Shown: one piece after another, positions 24,875 through 37,104 of the stretch | Layout: each line of letters starts with the position of its first letter | How positions within the stretch are numbered: the first letter of the stretch is position 1 | Assembly: GCA_023231475.1 (NCBI GenBank) | Contig: JALJEE010003244.1 | Coordinates: forward strand, 1-64,000 | Direction of reading: 5' to 3' | DNA length: 64,000 nucleotides | From: Seison nebaliae | Lineage: Eukaryota | Program-made: the position numbers and the translations under genes | Notes under the pieces: model-generated | The model's input: only the letters and a program-made list of their open reading frames with translations | What the model was told of the DNA's origin: nothing | Database searches by the model: none

Positions 24875-27484
24875 ATTATTATTATTATTATTATTAATAT
24901 TTTTAAATTGATAATTATTCACAGATTTGAATTGTTCACCACCATCTGATGAGGAAATATGATGATATTGATCGTCATCATTTAAACATAATGAACGGAA
25001 TGAAATAATCTCTCTCATCAATTCATTCATTGATGATGTTAACGATAATTCTTTCATCTGATAAATTTTCGCCGATTGATGAACTAACCGGGAACTTCTG
25101 GCGATACATCGCGCCGTTTCCATTTTGTCACCGGTCAACATCCACACAATAACATCAGCATGTCGTAAAGTCTCGAGAGTTTGACGAACGTTCTCCTGTA
25201 AACGATCTTCGATTCCTGTACAACATAATAATTCGAGATTATTTTCCAGTACTCGTTCGATTAATCGTTGAATTTGTTGAGGTCGATCGCCACTCACCGT
25301 CACCGAATTCATTAATCGTTCATATTCGTGAGAGAAGTCGTCGTATTCGTGTTTGGTGAGGATGCGTCGTCCAAACACTAACGTCCTCAATTCCTCTCTC
25401 GCCAAATTGGATGTCTCCTCATTTAACCAGTCGGATGATTGAACGATATCCTGCATGACATGATCAGCACCTTTCATCATAAAGATGATTTGTCCCAATT
25501 CCTGATTTGGATGTACTTCCTGCAAGATGACGCCCATTCGTTTCGTTTCGCTTTTGAATGGAAAAATTCTCAAAATTCGAAATTTTATCCAATTGTCATT
25601 TTGAGGAAAATTTATTTTGATGGAAATTGTCGTCAATGATCGTTGAATCATTACCACTCCCAATTTGGCGGCCCATTCAACGAGGGCGATCTCATCAGGT
25701 GACGATGCTTCATATGTCAATTGATCGAGATCGATATCCGTGTTTGTTATGCCGCTACTTGAACTGAGAGATGATGACGGAGTGACATTATTACAGAGAG
25801 CGATGGAGAGAATTGAATGATAAACACGATCAACTAATGATTGTCGTAGAATTGAATTATCTAAATTTGATTGTGATTGTTGAGTGAGATAATTAATGAG
25901 ATGTTCACGAATATCGTCGATAGAATCATTAGTGAAATAAATGGAACCCAAATGAATCTTTTTCAATTTCATCTCATTACATGTCAATGTGCCCGTCTTG
26001 TCAGTGAGAACGTAGGAAATAATTCCCAAATCTTCCGATATCGTCGACGTACGAACAGCAGCATTTGGTAATAAATCTTTGTCGTGTGAAATGAACCAAG
26101 AATGAACCACTTTCGCCACATCCAAATTCACCCGAAGACTTATGGGAATGATGTAGGAGAATAGGAGAATATATCGAATGAAATGTTCGTACCATTTGCC
26201 AAAGAAGCCGCGAAGAAAAATGAGAATTAGAGCAAGAATAATTACGGCCATAAATAAAATTTTGGTAAGAAAATTTATCAATTTATCAATTTTCGCCACT
26301 TTATTCCTCGGTTGATTACTATTCAATTCGACACGCGTCTCCTTCCCCGTATAAATAATAACGGCGATTATCGAACAATTGGCAACGACCGTTCCACTCC
26401 ATACCGTATTATCGATCGTTAACGGTTGTCGAATTATATTACTCGATTGTTGTTGTTGATGTTGTTGGTCATTTGAAAAATCGAGATGTTCAAATTCGTC
26501 GTTCATATCGATTATTATTCGTTCGTAAACACCCTCGAACGAATGGATATCTTGATGAGGTTTTTGAATTCTCAAAATGTTTCGACTATCAACAATCATG
26601 GATAAACCGATTGATGATTGAAGATGATTGATAGGTAATCGAACTTTCCAATCAGTCTCACCATCTAATTGATCGGTTCGAACATAACATGAGAGAATTG
26701 TGGAAGATGACGACGATGGATCATTTCCGTTTTCTGTGGAAGAAACGGTGGAAATGATCGGATCATTTGGTGAGGTGTCTGGGAGAATTTTGAGAAGAAT
26801 ACAATCGGCTGGTACACGTTGCTCTTTCTCGATTCGAATAACGTCGCCCACTTTCAGTTGACTAGCTTTCTTGTATTGCCAATTGATCTCGTCTGATTCC
26901 TCGTTTGGTGTTCGTCCACCGATGAAATGATAACTGGAATTGTGGAGAACGTTATATTTCGTCCGATTGATCATCGAATCTCTTCGCCATCTCTTGATGT
27001 CGTCGAATGCTTCGCGGATAGCGGAGACGGTTAGAACGAAGCCCAACGGACCCCAATATGTGTACCAATAATTGACACGAATGACCTCGATGAATTGTGT
27101 GAGGGCCATAACGAGGAAGTAAAAATTGAGGAAGAATTTGAATTGATGATAGAGGAGTTTGGGGATGAAAGTGAAAACTGAATATTTTTGATTGTCGATG
27201 ACATTTCGAGGATACGATCTCCCTTCATACTCCGTCTTTCCAATGATGATCTCTCGTACAGTCTCTCCCATGGGCGAATGTTGTTTGTGTCGACGTTGCA
27301 AACTAACGGACATGCGTCGGAGAGAATTTCTTAATAGAAATCGCTTCTTTTTCAAATACTTCCTCGCGTCCGATGACCGGTCGCTAACGGTTGATGATTG
27401 AGAGGATGAAGAAAAATAATTTTGATTATCTTCCTCTTCTACGTTGGGAATACCTTCATATGCAAATTGACGCCTATTCAACAT
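22703..27484 (-). CDS. ATP9: P4-ATPase phospholipid flippase ATP9/NEO1 class (5 exons)
   Basis: [66 protein letters not shown] and C-terminal AWKVTVL..RKRFTSP. Four short introns lie in the 3' part. Confidence 0.95.
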
Positions 27485-29254
27485 AAATCTCTCAACTTTC
27501 CTTCATAAACTCACAGCACGGTATTCGATGCGATGTACTTAATTCAAATCAATCTAAAGAGATATCCAAAGAACTTAATTATAATGAATGAATTAATGAA
27601 ATTGATTTTCTCCCATTTCAACTTCTCTCTATTTATAGAAAAATTCATATCCCCTTTCTCTCTCACACTGCAAATCAAAAAGACACGTTCATTCTCCACA
27701 ATTCTAACTCATATAAACACATAAACACAGTGTAAATGTGAATCTCTCAACATTTCACATTGAAATGCAGATATTGTAATTCCAATTGACACAATTAAGA
27801 CACAATTGGAAAATGAATACTCGTGTTATGCTTTGTCGAATTATTTAAATGAAAAGAAAGAATGAAACGAACTCATATTACAATAGACAAATAGGAAGCA
27901 ATCATGCAAAATTCATAGGGAAATATGAAAGAGAAGATCAAAAAAAAAAACATTTCTTGCAACTCCACAATGCTCCACAGAACAACCATTATTCTTCTTT
28001 TCTCAATAAAGAATACTGTTTCCATATTATATTATCATATAGATTATTACATAATCATCAGTTTCATTGATATATAATGATTTAATTATTATTAATTCCC
28101 CTTATTTATTATATAGCAATTTCAAATTTACTTCCATCTTTTTTCCTTCCACAATTTATTTTCTTGAATTATTCGAGAGAAACTCATTTCGAAAGTTCGG
28201 CTTATATTTCACCTCTATTTTTCATAAACCAAATTGTGTGTTTAACTAAAAATACATTTATTTATTTATTTATTAGAAGAAATACAGGAGATAGAACAGA
28301 TAAGGAATAGAAGTTTCTTTTACTATGTCTTCATCTGCTTTTTGATCATGTCCTCTATCACGAATTAGTATTTTTTCTTCCTTTTCAAAAAATATTCATT
28401 AATTTCAATGTTGTATCTCTTCACTTTTCAAACTGCTCATATTAGTTTCCCCATATTTCCCTTATCCATCTTCTTAATTACGTGTCTTTCAATTCTCAGA
28501 TCTCTCAATCGTTCTCTTCTCTTCGACAATTCTAGAAAAAATCGTCCATTCCTGACTATAAATACCCAATGTCTAAAATATCTCGTCCTTCCTAATTTGT
28601 CGTTTGTAAATTTTTGATTGGAAAATGTTGTTGATTGTTCTAATATAAGTATTGTTCTTCTCCCATTTCCAATGTGGTTTAATGAAGAATTTCTTCCGAA
28701 TAATAATCTCCATATAACATTACTCCATTTTGACCATATGACCTATACTATGATTTTGTCATGATTCTTTCTACGAATGTCGAATTTATAGAGTTTTCCT
28801 TCCCTTTTTTTGGTTTTATCTAATAGAAATGTGTTTAATATCTGATATTCCTTTTAAATCTAATTTTGAAAATTTGTGAATCATTGTGAATTTCAGTTGG
28901 GATTGATGGATTGATGAGAAGTCGTCTAAAAACATATTTTATCGATCTGTTTCCAATTTTAAAGAATTACATTTTATTTTATTCATCACTAACGAACTAT
29001 TTTTTATGATATTTTAAGTGAATATTCGAAAAATGACAATAATTATTCTTTTGTTTTTTTTTTAAATTTATTGACAAGAATCAAATGAAGATAAATATAT
29101 TTTAAATATATTAAGCTTATCTTTAATAAGAATGTTTGATTAATTTTAATAAAGTTCCTTTCTTTTTCGGATAGATTCATATTAAAATTGAAGCTGTAGC
29201 ATCAAAAGATTCACGGTTTTTCTTTCTCGTTCAATAAGTCGCCATTCCGTGAAG

Positions 29255-31090
29255 ATGCCCCTTATTTCGGTATTATCTGATGAAATGAAAAAATTCCAGA
29301 AATATTATCAGGAGTATGATGAGTTGTCAACGACGTATAGTGACGAGAAGCGATTGAATTTGATTGGGGCTATGAATAATTCGTTGACGGATATGATAGT
29401 GAAGGAGCCGGACGAAGTATTGAAACATGATTCGATCGGGAAATTCTTCTCGAAAACCGTCACCCAGACCTACGAGGAATTGAGTGAATTGGAATATATG
29501 AAACATGGAGAGTATCAGCCAATTCATCAGATGATGTTGTTGTATTTGCGAGCGTCCGCTTGTAAATTGTGGATAATGATGGAGCAGTTGTTGCTCTCGA
29601 TGACATGTTCGGATGAATTGAATGAAATTCTCTCTTATTATTATCCTCATCTCCTCATCGATGACATCAGTTCTCTCATCGCTTTCAAACACGACAAACG
29701 TCAATCGAAATGTGAAGTGTTTGAAGAGAAATCGAAATTCAAATTGATTTCCATTCTATTGGGATGTGTGGGACAAGTGAATGAATTACAGTCGCATATC
29801 TCCCATCGATTCTTCAATCGATCTTTCAATCAATTAATTACCGCTCTCCAAGTCTATTTGACGAGCGAATTGATTATCGACAAATTCGAGTTAAAGAAAA
29901 CTGGAGAAAATTTCTCCAATTTCGGCAACGTCTTCTACAAAATGTACGTTCATCATTGGTCGAGTATTTCGGTGAATTATATGAAAGATTTAAATGATGA
30001 TGTCGATTCGTTGCAATTCCAAGCATTGAACGAGATCATGTTGACAGATATTGCACCCGTTCAAGCACTTTATTTCTATTCGAAAAATTATTCGAAGGAA
30101 ACTAAAAATATCCGTCAATTATTATCCTACGTCTCTCAAAATTACAATCCACATGACAATTCGATGGAGAAGGAGAAAGAGAGAGCAAATATTCCGAATA
30201 AATTAAACATCGAAATTTTCAATGAGAAAGACGAAATTGGAAATTTGAAAACTTTCCCACTCACTCCACTTTTCTTCCACTCAATTCAAAAAATTGTCAA
30301 TTGTCAAGTTTTCCGTCTGCTCAATCTGTTGTCGATGAGGAAGAAAAGTTTACTCGCTCACGATTATATTTATTCGTTAGATCATGAAATTCAAACGTCA
30401 TTCTATCAATTATATATTGAAACTCTGTTATTGATCAATTCGACGGAAATCCTCTTCAATATGGAGAAAGCGGATGACAAATTGTCATCGATCGAATTAT
30501 CTGATTATCTGTTGAATGACGCGGAAATTCTTCTTAATAACTTCTCGTTACTCTCTATGAAAATGACTAAATGGACATGCGACGATCATATCGATAAATA
30601 TCCGATGATGACTAAATATCTTCATCGATTGGAATCGATTGGTGATCTCTGGCTCGCTTATATTTTCTCCTGCAACTTCTTCATTAAAGAATCGAAATTT
30701 CTCCTCATTTTCCTCATGCAGAAAGTTCAGACATCACTCGTGAAAATCGGAAATAAATTCCTTCAAATCTTTCTCGACGATTCCCCTCGTTATTGCTCGA
30801 CCTTTTGGAGGAAGTTCTTCCAATTCCTCGTCAATTTTCACGAACTCTACATTAGTAAAGTCAGTCAAGTTAAAATGGACGACATTGTCAATTCCAAACT
30901 GAACGACGGTGATATCGGCAATAATGAGGAAGTGGACAAATTCTTAAATTTCTTAATTGAACAACAGAAGAAAGTGGAGGGATATGTCGAAGTGCGTCTC
31001 ACAAATATCTTAAAATTGATGGTGAACACGAATGTGAATAGACGGAAAAATAATTTCTTCGATTTCTTCAACGAAACTGACGAAAACTGA
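29255..31090 (+). CDS. Hypothetical intronless helical protein, about 611 aa
   Basis: 1.8-kb ORF with normal composition; first ATG at 29255. No motif recognised. Confidence 0.75.
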   Translation: MPLISVLSDEMKKFQKYYQEYDELSTTYSDEKRLNLIGAMNNSLTDMIVKEPDEVLKHDSIGKFFSKTVTQTYEELSELEYMKHGEYQPIHQMMLLYLRASACKLWIMMEQLLLSMTCSDELNEILSYYYPHLLIDDISSLIAFKHDKRQSKCEVFEEKSKFKLISILLGCVGQVNELQSHISHRFFNRSFNQLITALQVYLTSELIIDKFELKKTGENFSNFGNVFYKMYVHHWSSISVNYMKDLNDDVDSLQFQALNEIMLTDIAPVQALYFYSKNYSKETKNIRQLLSYVSQNYNPHDNSMEKEKERANIPNKLNIEIFNEKDEIGNLKTFPLTPLFFHSIQKIVNCQVFRLLNLLSMRKKSLLAHDYIYSLDHEIQTSFYQLYIETLLLINSTEILFNMEKADDKLSSIELSDYLLNDAEILLNNFSLLSMKMTKWTCDDHIDKYPMMTKYLHRLESIGDLWLAYIFSCNFFIKESKFLLIFLMQKVQTSLVKIGNKFLQIFLDDSPRYCSTFWRKFFQFLVNFHELYISKVSQVKMDDIVNSKLNDGDIGNNEEVDKFLNFLIEQQKKVEGYVEVRLTNILKLMVNTNVNRRKNNFFDFFNETDEN

Positions 31091-31302
31091 TTAACGAATT
31101 CTCAATTCCTAATTTTAAGTTCCGAATATTTTTTTTAATTTTTTCCATTTTATCTCACCGTCTTTTAATGATTTTAAAATGAATTCAAAGATTTTTATCC
31201 TTTACCAATTATTTTATATTTTAAGAACTTAAATTTTGAAAAAAAAATTTTAAAACTAAAAATTTTATTTTATTCTTCTCTTGAAAATTTTATTAATTTC
31301 TC

Positions 31303-31316
31303 GTTACCATAACAAT
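31303..31316. promoter_or_regulatory. RFX X-box upstream of BBS8
   Basis: GTTACCATAACAAT, one mismatch from the X-box consensus, ending 29 nt before the BBS8 ATG. BBS genes are established RFX targets. Confidence 0.65.
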
Positions 31317-31345
31317 GGCATTGGGAAAGAATTGACGGATTGATC

Positions 31346-33256
31346 ATGTCGTTGATGTTTGAAGCATTGCACGCATATAGACAGCGTCGATATGAAGATT
31401 GTTCGAAAATTTGTGATAAATTATTGGAGAGGAATCAACTCGATAAAGTTCATTCTATTTCCTCATTTAGTGATCTTAGAAATGTTCGTTTAAATAGGCT
31501 ATTTGGATATTAAAAGTTCGATCGACTACCAGACAGTTCTATATCGATGAAACGGAAATTGATGTGGAGAATATCATTAATAAGATCGATGATAATATCA
31601 TCGCTACGATTCCACGACTTGGCACTTCGTTGCGAACGGCCAATATCACATCTGGAGCGAAGTTACTTTTAGTGTATTCGAACACTTTCTCTACTTTTCT
31701 TTTGGGATAGACCAATTTCGGCAGTCGGTCGACCCACCAGCGGTATGGCTCGACCTGTTAGTAGTGCTGCCAATCAAATGGGAGTTAATGGAATGAGCAC
31801 AGCTCGTGGTGTTACAGCCAGACCATTATCATCATCTATCGGGAGATATGTTCGTCTTGGAACGGTTTCCATTAAACCATTCTCCCTACCATAATAAACC
31901 ATCTCATTAATTTAGGCGTCGATGATTTCATCACCAGACAGTCCCTTTATCAATGCCTCACGATTAAATTATCATAAATATTCGACAGACGAAACGATAG
32001 GCAAATCTCTATTCCTTTATCTCTTCCATCATGACAATGATTTTCGAAATGTTCGTTTTATTCCCATTTCGTCATCATTCCTCTTTCACAGGCACTCCAA
32101 TTAGCCGCTTTAGCGTCTGAATATAAAAAATTCAAAGATTGGTGGTGGAAACTTCAATTGGGCAAATGTTATTTCAGGTACTTTCTCCTTCCTTTTTTAA
32201 TTCCTCTAAATTTAATTATTTTATTTAAATTATTCAATTCATTTAAAACATTCTTCCAGATTGGGAATGGTGAAGGAGGCACAACGACAATTCGAATCGT
32301 CATTAAAACAACAGACGATGATTGAGACGATTTTATTATTGGGGAAATTGTACATTTATATCGATCAACCACTGAAAGCCATTGAGATTTATACGGACGG
32401 TTTGAAGAATCATGAAAAACAGCCCATTCTCTTGACTCATTTGGGACGGATTTATGAAGTGACTTTTTCTTTCCTTCCCATTCCGTTTCATTCTATTTTT
32501 TTTAGTCATTGAATAATACCTCCAAATTCATCGAGACTTATGGACTTGTACTGAATGTCGACATGTCCAACATCGAAGCCATGACGTGTATCGCCAATCA
32601 TTATTTCTACAACAACGAACCAGAAGTCGCTCTCAAATTCTACAAGTTATTTTAAATTTAAAAATTTTTTAAATTATATATTACTAAAACCGTTTTTCAT
32701 TCCAAATAGTCGTCTCCTTTTCATGGGTATACAGAAGAGTGCCGTTTACAACAACATTGCTCTTTGTTGTTTCTATTCACAACAATGGGACCTGATTGTG
32801 TCAGCTTTCGAAAAAGCGATACATTTGGCGGAAGATGATTTCGAATTGAGCGACATCTGGTACAACATCAGTTTAATGTGCGTGGCAAATGGAGACTCGT
32901 CATTAGCCTATCAATCGTTACGCATCGCTCTAGCTTACAATCCCGAATCAAGCGAAGTCTACAACAATTTGGGCGTACTCGAATTGAGACGGGGTCGACT
33001 TGACACGGTTAGTACTGAAAATGTTAATTTTTGGCTTATTATTCTATTTGTTCAGGCTTTGTCCATGTTCGAAACGGCTCGATCATATAATTTTCGGTTA
33101 TATGAAGCCGTTTACAATGCTGGACAAGTGTCGTATCAATTGGGCGATATCGAGGGCAGTTACGCCTCATCGAAAATGGCTGAATCGATTTATCCGAAAC
33201 ATTCTTATACGAAATTATTATTGAAAGAAATCAGGAAGAAATTATCAGCTGGTTGA
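31346..33256 (+). CDS. TTC8: BBSome TPR subunit BBS8/TTC8 (9 exons)
   Basis: AYRQRRYEDC..LDK|AIWILK, PRLGTSL, GRYVRLGT|ASMISSPDSPFINASRLN, DWWWKLQLGKCYF and TPR repeats (NNIALCCFYSQQ, YNNLGVLELR). Confidence 0.93.
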
Positions 33257-33806
33257 AGGTCTGTATGATTGTCTATTGCCATATGTTATTATTTTTCTAC
33301 TCTATTAAAAATTTTGAAGTTCTCCTACAAAAATAACATCGATATATCATCAACAATGAGGTCGATGAGTGGAAAGAATGATGATATTTGTTATGATTCA
33401 TTTGGTGAAATTTAAATTTAATTTTATAGTTCAAATGAAATTATTTGTTTGTGATTATTCCAGCGTGACATTACTATGCACAATATGCTCGTGCACATCT
33501 GCCCCCTCCCTTCTTTTTGTGTGTGAGTGTTAATTGGAAGGAGTCCTTCAAGATTTGACCTGTCAAATTTTCAGTTCCCAGTTCCAATGAGCCGACTAGT
33601 GTGATGTTTGATGAGAGGGGGAGAAGGAAAACATTCTATTTTTTATGGTCGAACGAGAAAGAAGAGAAATAAATTTTCTCATAAGACATTTTAAAAAATT
33701 AATTTTCATTGATAACATTTAGTAAAAGTTAAGCTGCTCCATATAACTCGGAATCCGAAGTTCGCGAAAACTTCATTTTATTTAGAAGATTTCAAAAAAG
33801 GCAAAC

Positions 33807-34706
33807 ATGAATAAATCGATGAGTAAATCGTTGAAGAAGAATGAGACGCCATGGTATTTTGGAGGAATGGCAGCCATGTGTGCTGCATGTGTCACTCATC
33901 CTCTCGATACGTTGAAAGTGCATTTGCAGACCCAACAATCGACCAAATTGGGCTTCATCGGGATGGGAAGGACTTTGGTGACGAACGAAGGATTTCTCGC
34001 ACTCTATAATGGTCTTTCTGCTTCTCTTATGCGTCAGGCGACATATTCGACGAGTCGATTCGGCATTTATGAAACGATCAAAACACAAATATCGGAAGAT
34101 GGGAAACATCTCTCCTTTCCCAAAATGGTATTCACTGCCGGTTTGGCGGGAGCTGCCGGTGGCTTTATCGGTGCACCACCCGATTTGGTGAATGTTCGAA
34201 TGCAGAACGATATCAAATTACCGATGGATCAACGTCGTAATTATCGTCATGGACCACACGGTCTCTATCATGTGGTGCGGAATGAAGGAATTACATCAGC
34301 ATTTCGCGGATCGACAATGGCATCGATGAGAGCCGTATTGATAACGATCGGACAATTGGCGTTTTATGATCAATTCAAAATTATTCTCATGAAATATTTC
34401 CAGCCCATTTTCCCTAAAGACAATTTGACTGTCCATTTCACCGCGTCGTCGATGGCAGGTGTAGTCGCCACCATAATCACGATGCCTTTAGATGTACTGA
34501 AGACGAGATTGATGAATCGACAGGTGACGCAGACGTTGAAGAACGAAAGCGTCCTGATGGTGACGATAAAGGAAGTGGCGGCATTAGGACCATCGGCGTG
34601 GTTCAAGGGTTTCACTCCCGCTTTTATCCGACTCGGTCCACACACAATTCTCACATTCATCGTTCTCGAACAATTCAAAGAGGTTTATAGGAAAATGCAC
34701 AAATAA
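33807..34706 (+). CDS. SLC25A10: Mitochondrial dicarboxylate carrier
   Basis: WYFGGMAAMCAACVTHPLDTLKVHLQTQQ, LYNGLSASLMRQATYSTSRFGIYE, VNVRMQND and FIRLGPHTILTF; three carrier repeats. Confidence 0.93.
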   Translation: MNKSMSKSLKKNETPWYFGGMAAMCAACVTHPLDTLKVHLQTQQSTKLGFIGMGRTLVTNEGFLALYNGLSASLMRQATYSTSRFGIYETIKTQISEDGKHLSFPKMVFTAGLAGAAGGFIGAPPDLVNVRMQNDIKLPMDQRRNYRHGPHGLYHVVRNEGITSAFRGSTMASMRAVLITIGQLAFYDQFKIILMKYFQPIFPKDNLTVHFTASSMAGVVATIITMPLDVLKTRLMNRQVTQTLKNESVLMVTIKEVAALGPSAWFKGFTPAFIRLGPHTILTFIVLEQFKEVYRKMHK

Positions 34707-34747
34707 TGCACGGAGAATGCACGAATAATTTAGTGTAGAAAACTCGT

Positions 34748-36217
34748 TCAAAATGTTTTGCGAAATATCAGAATGAGAAGAAGAATAACAAACACGATAA
34801 ATAAAATTAATATTATTCTCATCTTCCAACTTCTCTTCTGAAGTTTGACGGATCGAGTCAGATCTTTGATCGCTTTCTTCGCTGCGTCATCTGCTCGACT
34901 CACGTTATGGTCAATTCGATTCAGAATCGATCCCTTTCAAAAATTTCACAAATTATTCTTCAACAAACTAATAAAGACATCATCTCTCTCTTAACCTGAT
35001 CCATGACGATTTGGGAGATGTCCTCGAAAATCTTATTGAGCGACTCCAAATTCTTCACAATGTCCGTTATCTTCTCGCTTCGCTCTTCCATATTCTCCAA
35101 CGTGTAACTCTTCCTTTCCATCTGTTCCAATCGATTATCATACGAATCTTCTTCTTGACGTTGTTGTTCATTCAGTATTTCATCCACATCCTATATCATT
35201 TAATTATCGAAATTTTTGATTAAAAATAAAATTTAAAATTTTTGAAGGAAATTTGTGAAAGAAAATTGAAATTTTTCAACGAAATTTTTTGATGGAAAAT
35301 TCAAATTTTTGATGGAAAATTCAAATTTTTGATGGAAAATTCAAATTTTTGAAGGAAATTTGTGAAAGAAAATTGAAATTTTTTGATGGAAAATTCAAAT
35401 TTTTGAAGGAAATTTGTGAAAGAAAATTGAAATTTTTCAACGAAATTTTTTGATGGAAAATTCAAATTTTTCAAGGAAATTTCTGATGGAAATTTTTTGA
35501 TGAAAATGAAATTTATGACTAACATCGAATTGTACGAGATTCTTTTTCTGTTTTAATTCTATGGAGAGATGAAGGAGTCGTCTCATGAAACGTTTACTAA
35601 CGATAAAGTTTAGCTTCTTCCAATGCTTGAAGTTTCGGTGCCTCGACTTTGATGATGTTGTTGATGTAAATGTAACAATTCTCGCGGAAGTTCTGAGAAA
35701 CGCGTTCATTCTTCTTGAATTTCATCGCCATAATTTTGATGTCGTTCAATTTCTTTGAGAGAAATGAGAAAAGTGAATTTTCAAAATTGAACTTTAGTGA
35801 CTTGAGAAATTCGATTGTCTGTCTGATCTAACACCTCCGTATCATCACAATCGTTGAAATTACATCTTAAACTTTCCACTAGAAGAGATGGCTATTGAAT
35901 AGAAGAAGTAATTGAACCTTCCTCATGAACAGCATCGGCTAATTCTTTTATTGTGTGAAATTGGACTAATCTGATGGAAATGGAAATGATTCCAAATGAA
36001 TAAGAGAAGAATGAGAATTAACGCATTGTCCATTTGTGAGAAGATGACATTATTATCACAACTGGTATCGATCTTGAAAGAATATATGAAATTTGAATGA
36101 GATAGAAGAAGAAACTATAACCATCAATTGTGACCGATCGGAATATTCCCGATCGATGGAAGCGGTACATCGATTTTTTCGAAAAATTAAATATTGACTA
36201 GTTAAATTGATGTTCAT
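34748..36217 (-). CDS. STX16: Syntaxin-16-like Qa-SNARE (7 exons)
   Basis: N-peptide MNINLTSQYLIFRKN, SNARE core LNKIFEDISQIVMDQ|GSILNRIDHNV and C-terminal TM KMRIILILFIVFVILLLILIF. Confidence 0.8.
35232..35515. repeat. Intronic minisatellite (20-nt GATGGAAAATTCAAATTTTT units plus longer GAAGGAAATTTGTGAAAGAAAATTGAAATTTTT units)
   Basis: Direct tandem repeats fill the 333-nt STX16 intron 35191-35523. Confidence 0.9.
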
Positions 36218-36886
36218 ACTAATTGTGCTGTTATCACAATCTTCAAACTATATGAGTTCAATAATGAATGACAATGTGGGGGAACATAAGGAGAAAAATT
36301 GAATTATCGAAAATAAAATATCAGCTAAAAATTCTAAAAAAAAAATTCATCATCTCCTCACTTGTCCCTTCCATATCATTCATCCAAATAATGATTCAAT
36401 TCCAATGACATAACATTCAATCAAAATCTAAATTTTATCTGAATACTTTCACACAAACTGCTCTTCTCACAATCAATCATCATATTAGAGACATGTAATG
36501 AAAACATCATTTGATCTTATTCAATTACCAAGTGAAATAACTTATCATTTTTTTCTACTTTTCTTTTTATCTCATAAATTAAATATTTTTAAAAATTTCA
36601 AATATTCTCCAAAATTTCAGGTATTTTTAAATTGGTCAAACTTTCAGGTATTAATCATAGTATTAATAATTAATCTAATAAATAGTAATTAGTAAACAAT
36701 AAATTAATGTTTTAGGTATTAGGTATTAGGATGGACAAAGTAATTGAGTTTAATATGGAGAGAAGAGAAATGAAGCATTAAATAATTATTGTATTTGAAG
36801 ACAAGAAGAATGGTGTAGTAAAAGAAGAGTTTGTTGTTATATGGATAAATAACAAGAACGGTGTGTTGAGTGAATGAAATCGAAGA

Positions 36887-36922
<36 letters not shown>
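36887..36922. repeat. (AAT)n microsatellite
   Basis: Seen directly in the sequence. Confidence 0.9.
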
Positions 36923-37104
36923 CATAATACTGAATAAATACGGTAGAAGATTGAACGAAGATATGTCACAGATAATTCATTCTTCCAAATAGAATTCACC
37001 TCAACATGTGTTGTTTTAGGGGGGGCAGGACTACAACATGAGAAACTATTCTACTATTCGCCAAATAGATGCGTGTCGTCCATCGAGAGAATAGTTTTGG
37101 TAGA

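Noticed and set aside
35232..35515. CRISPR-like array
   Set aside because: Adjacent tandem units without unique spacers, inside a eukaryotic intron, with no cas genes.
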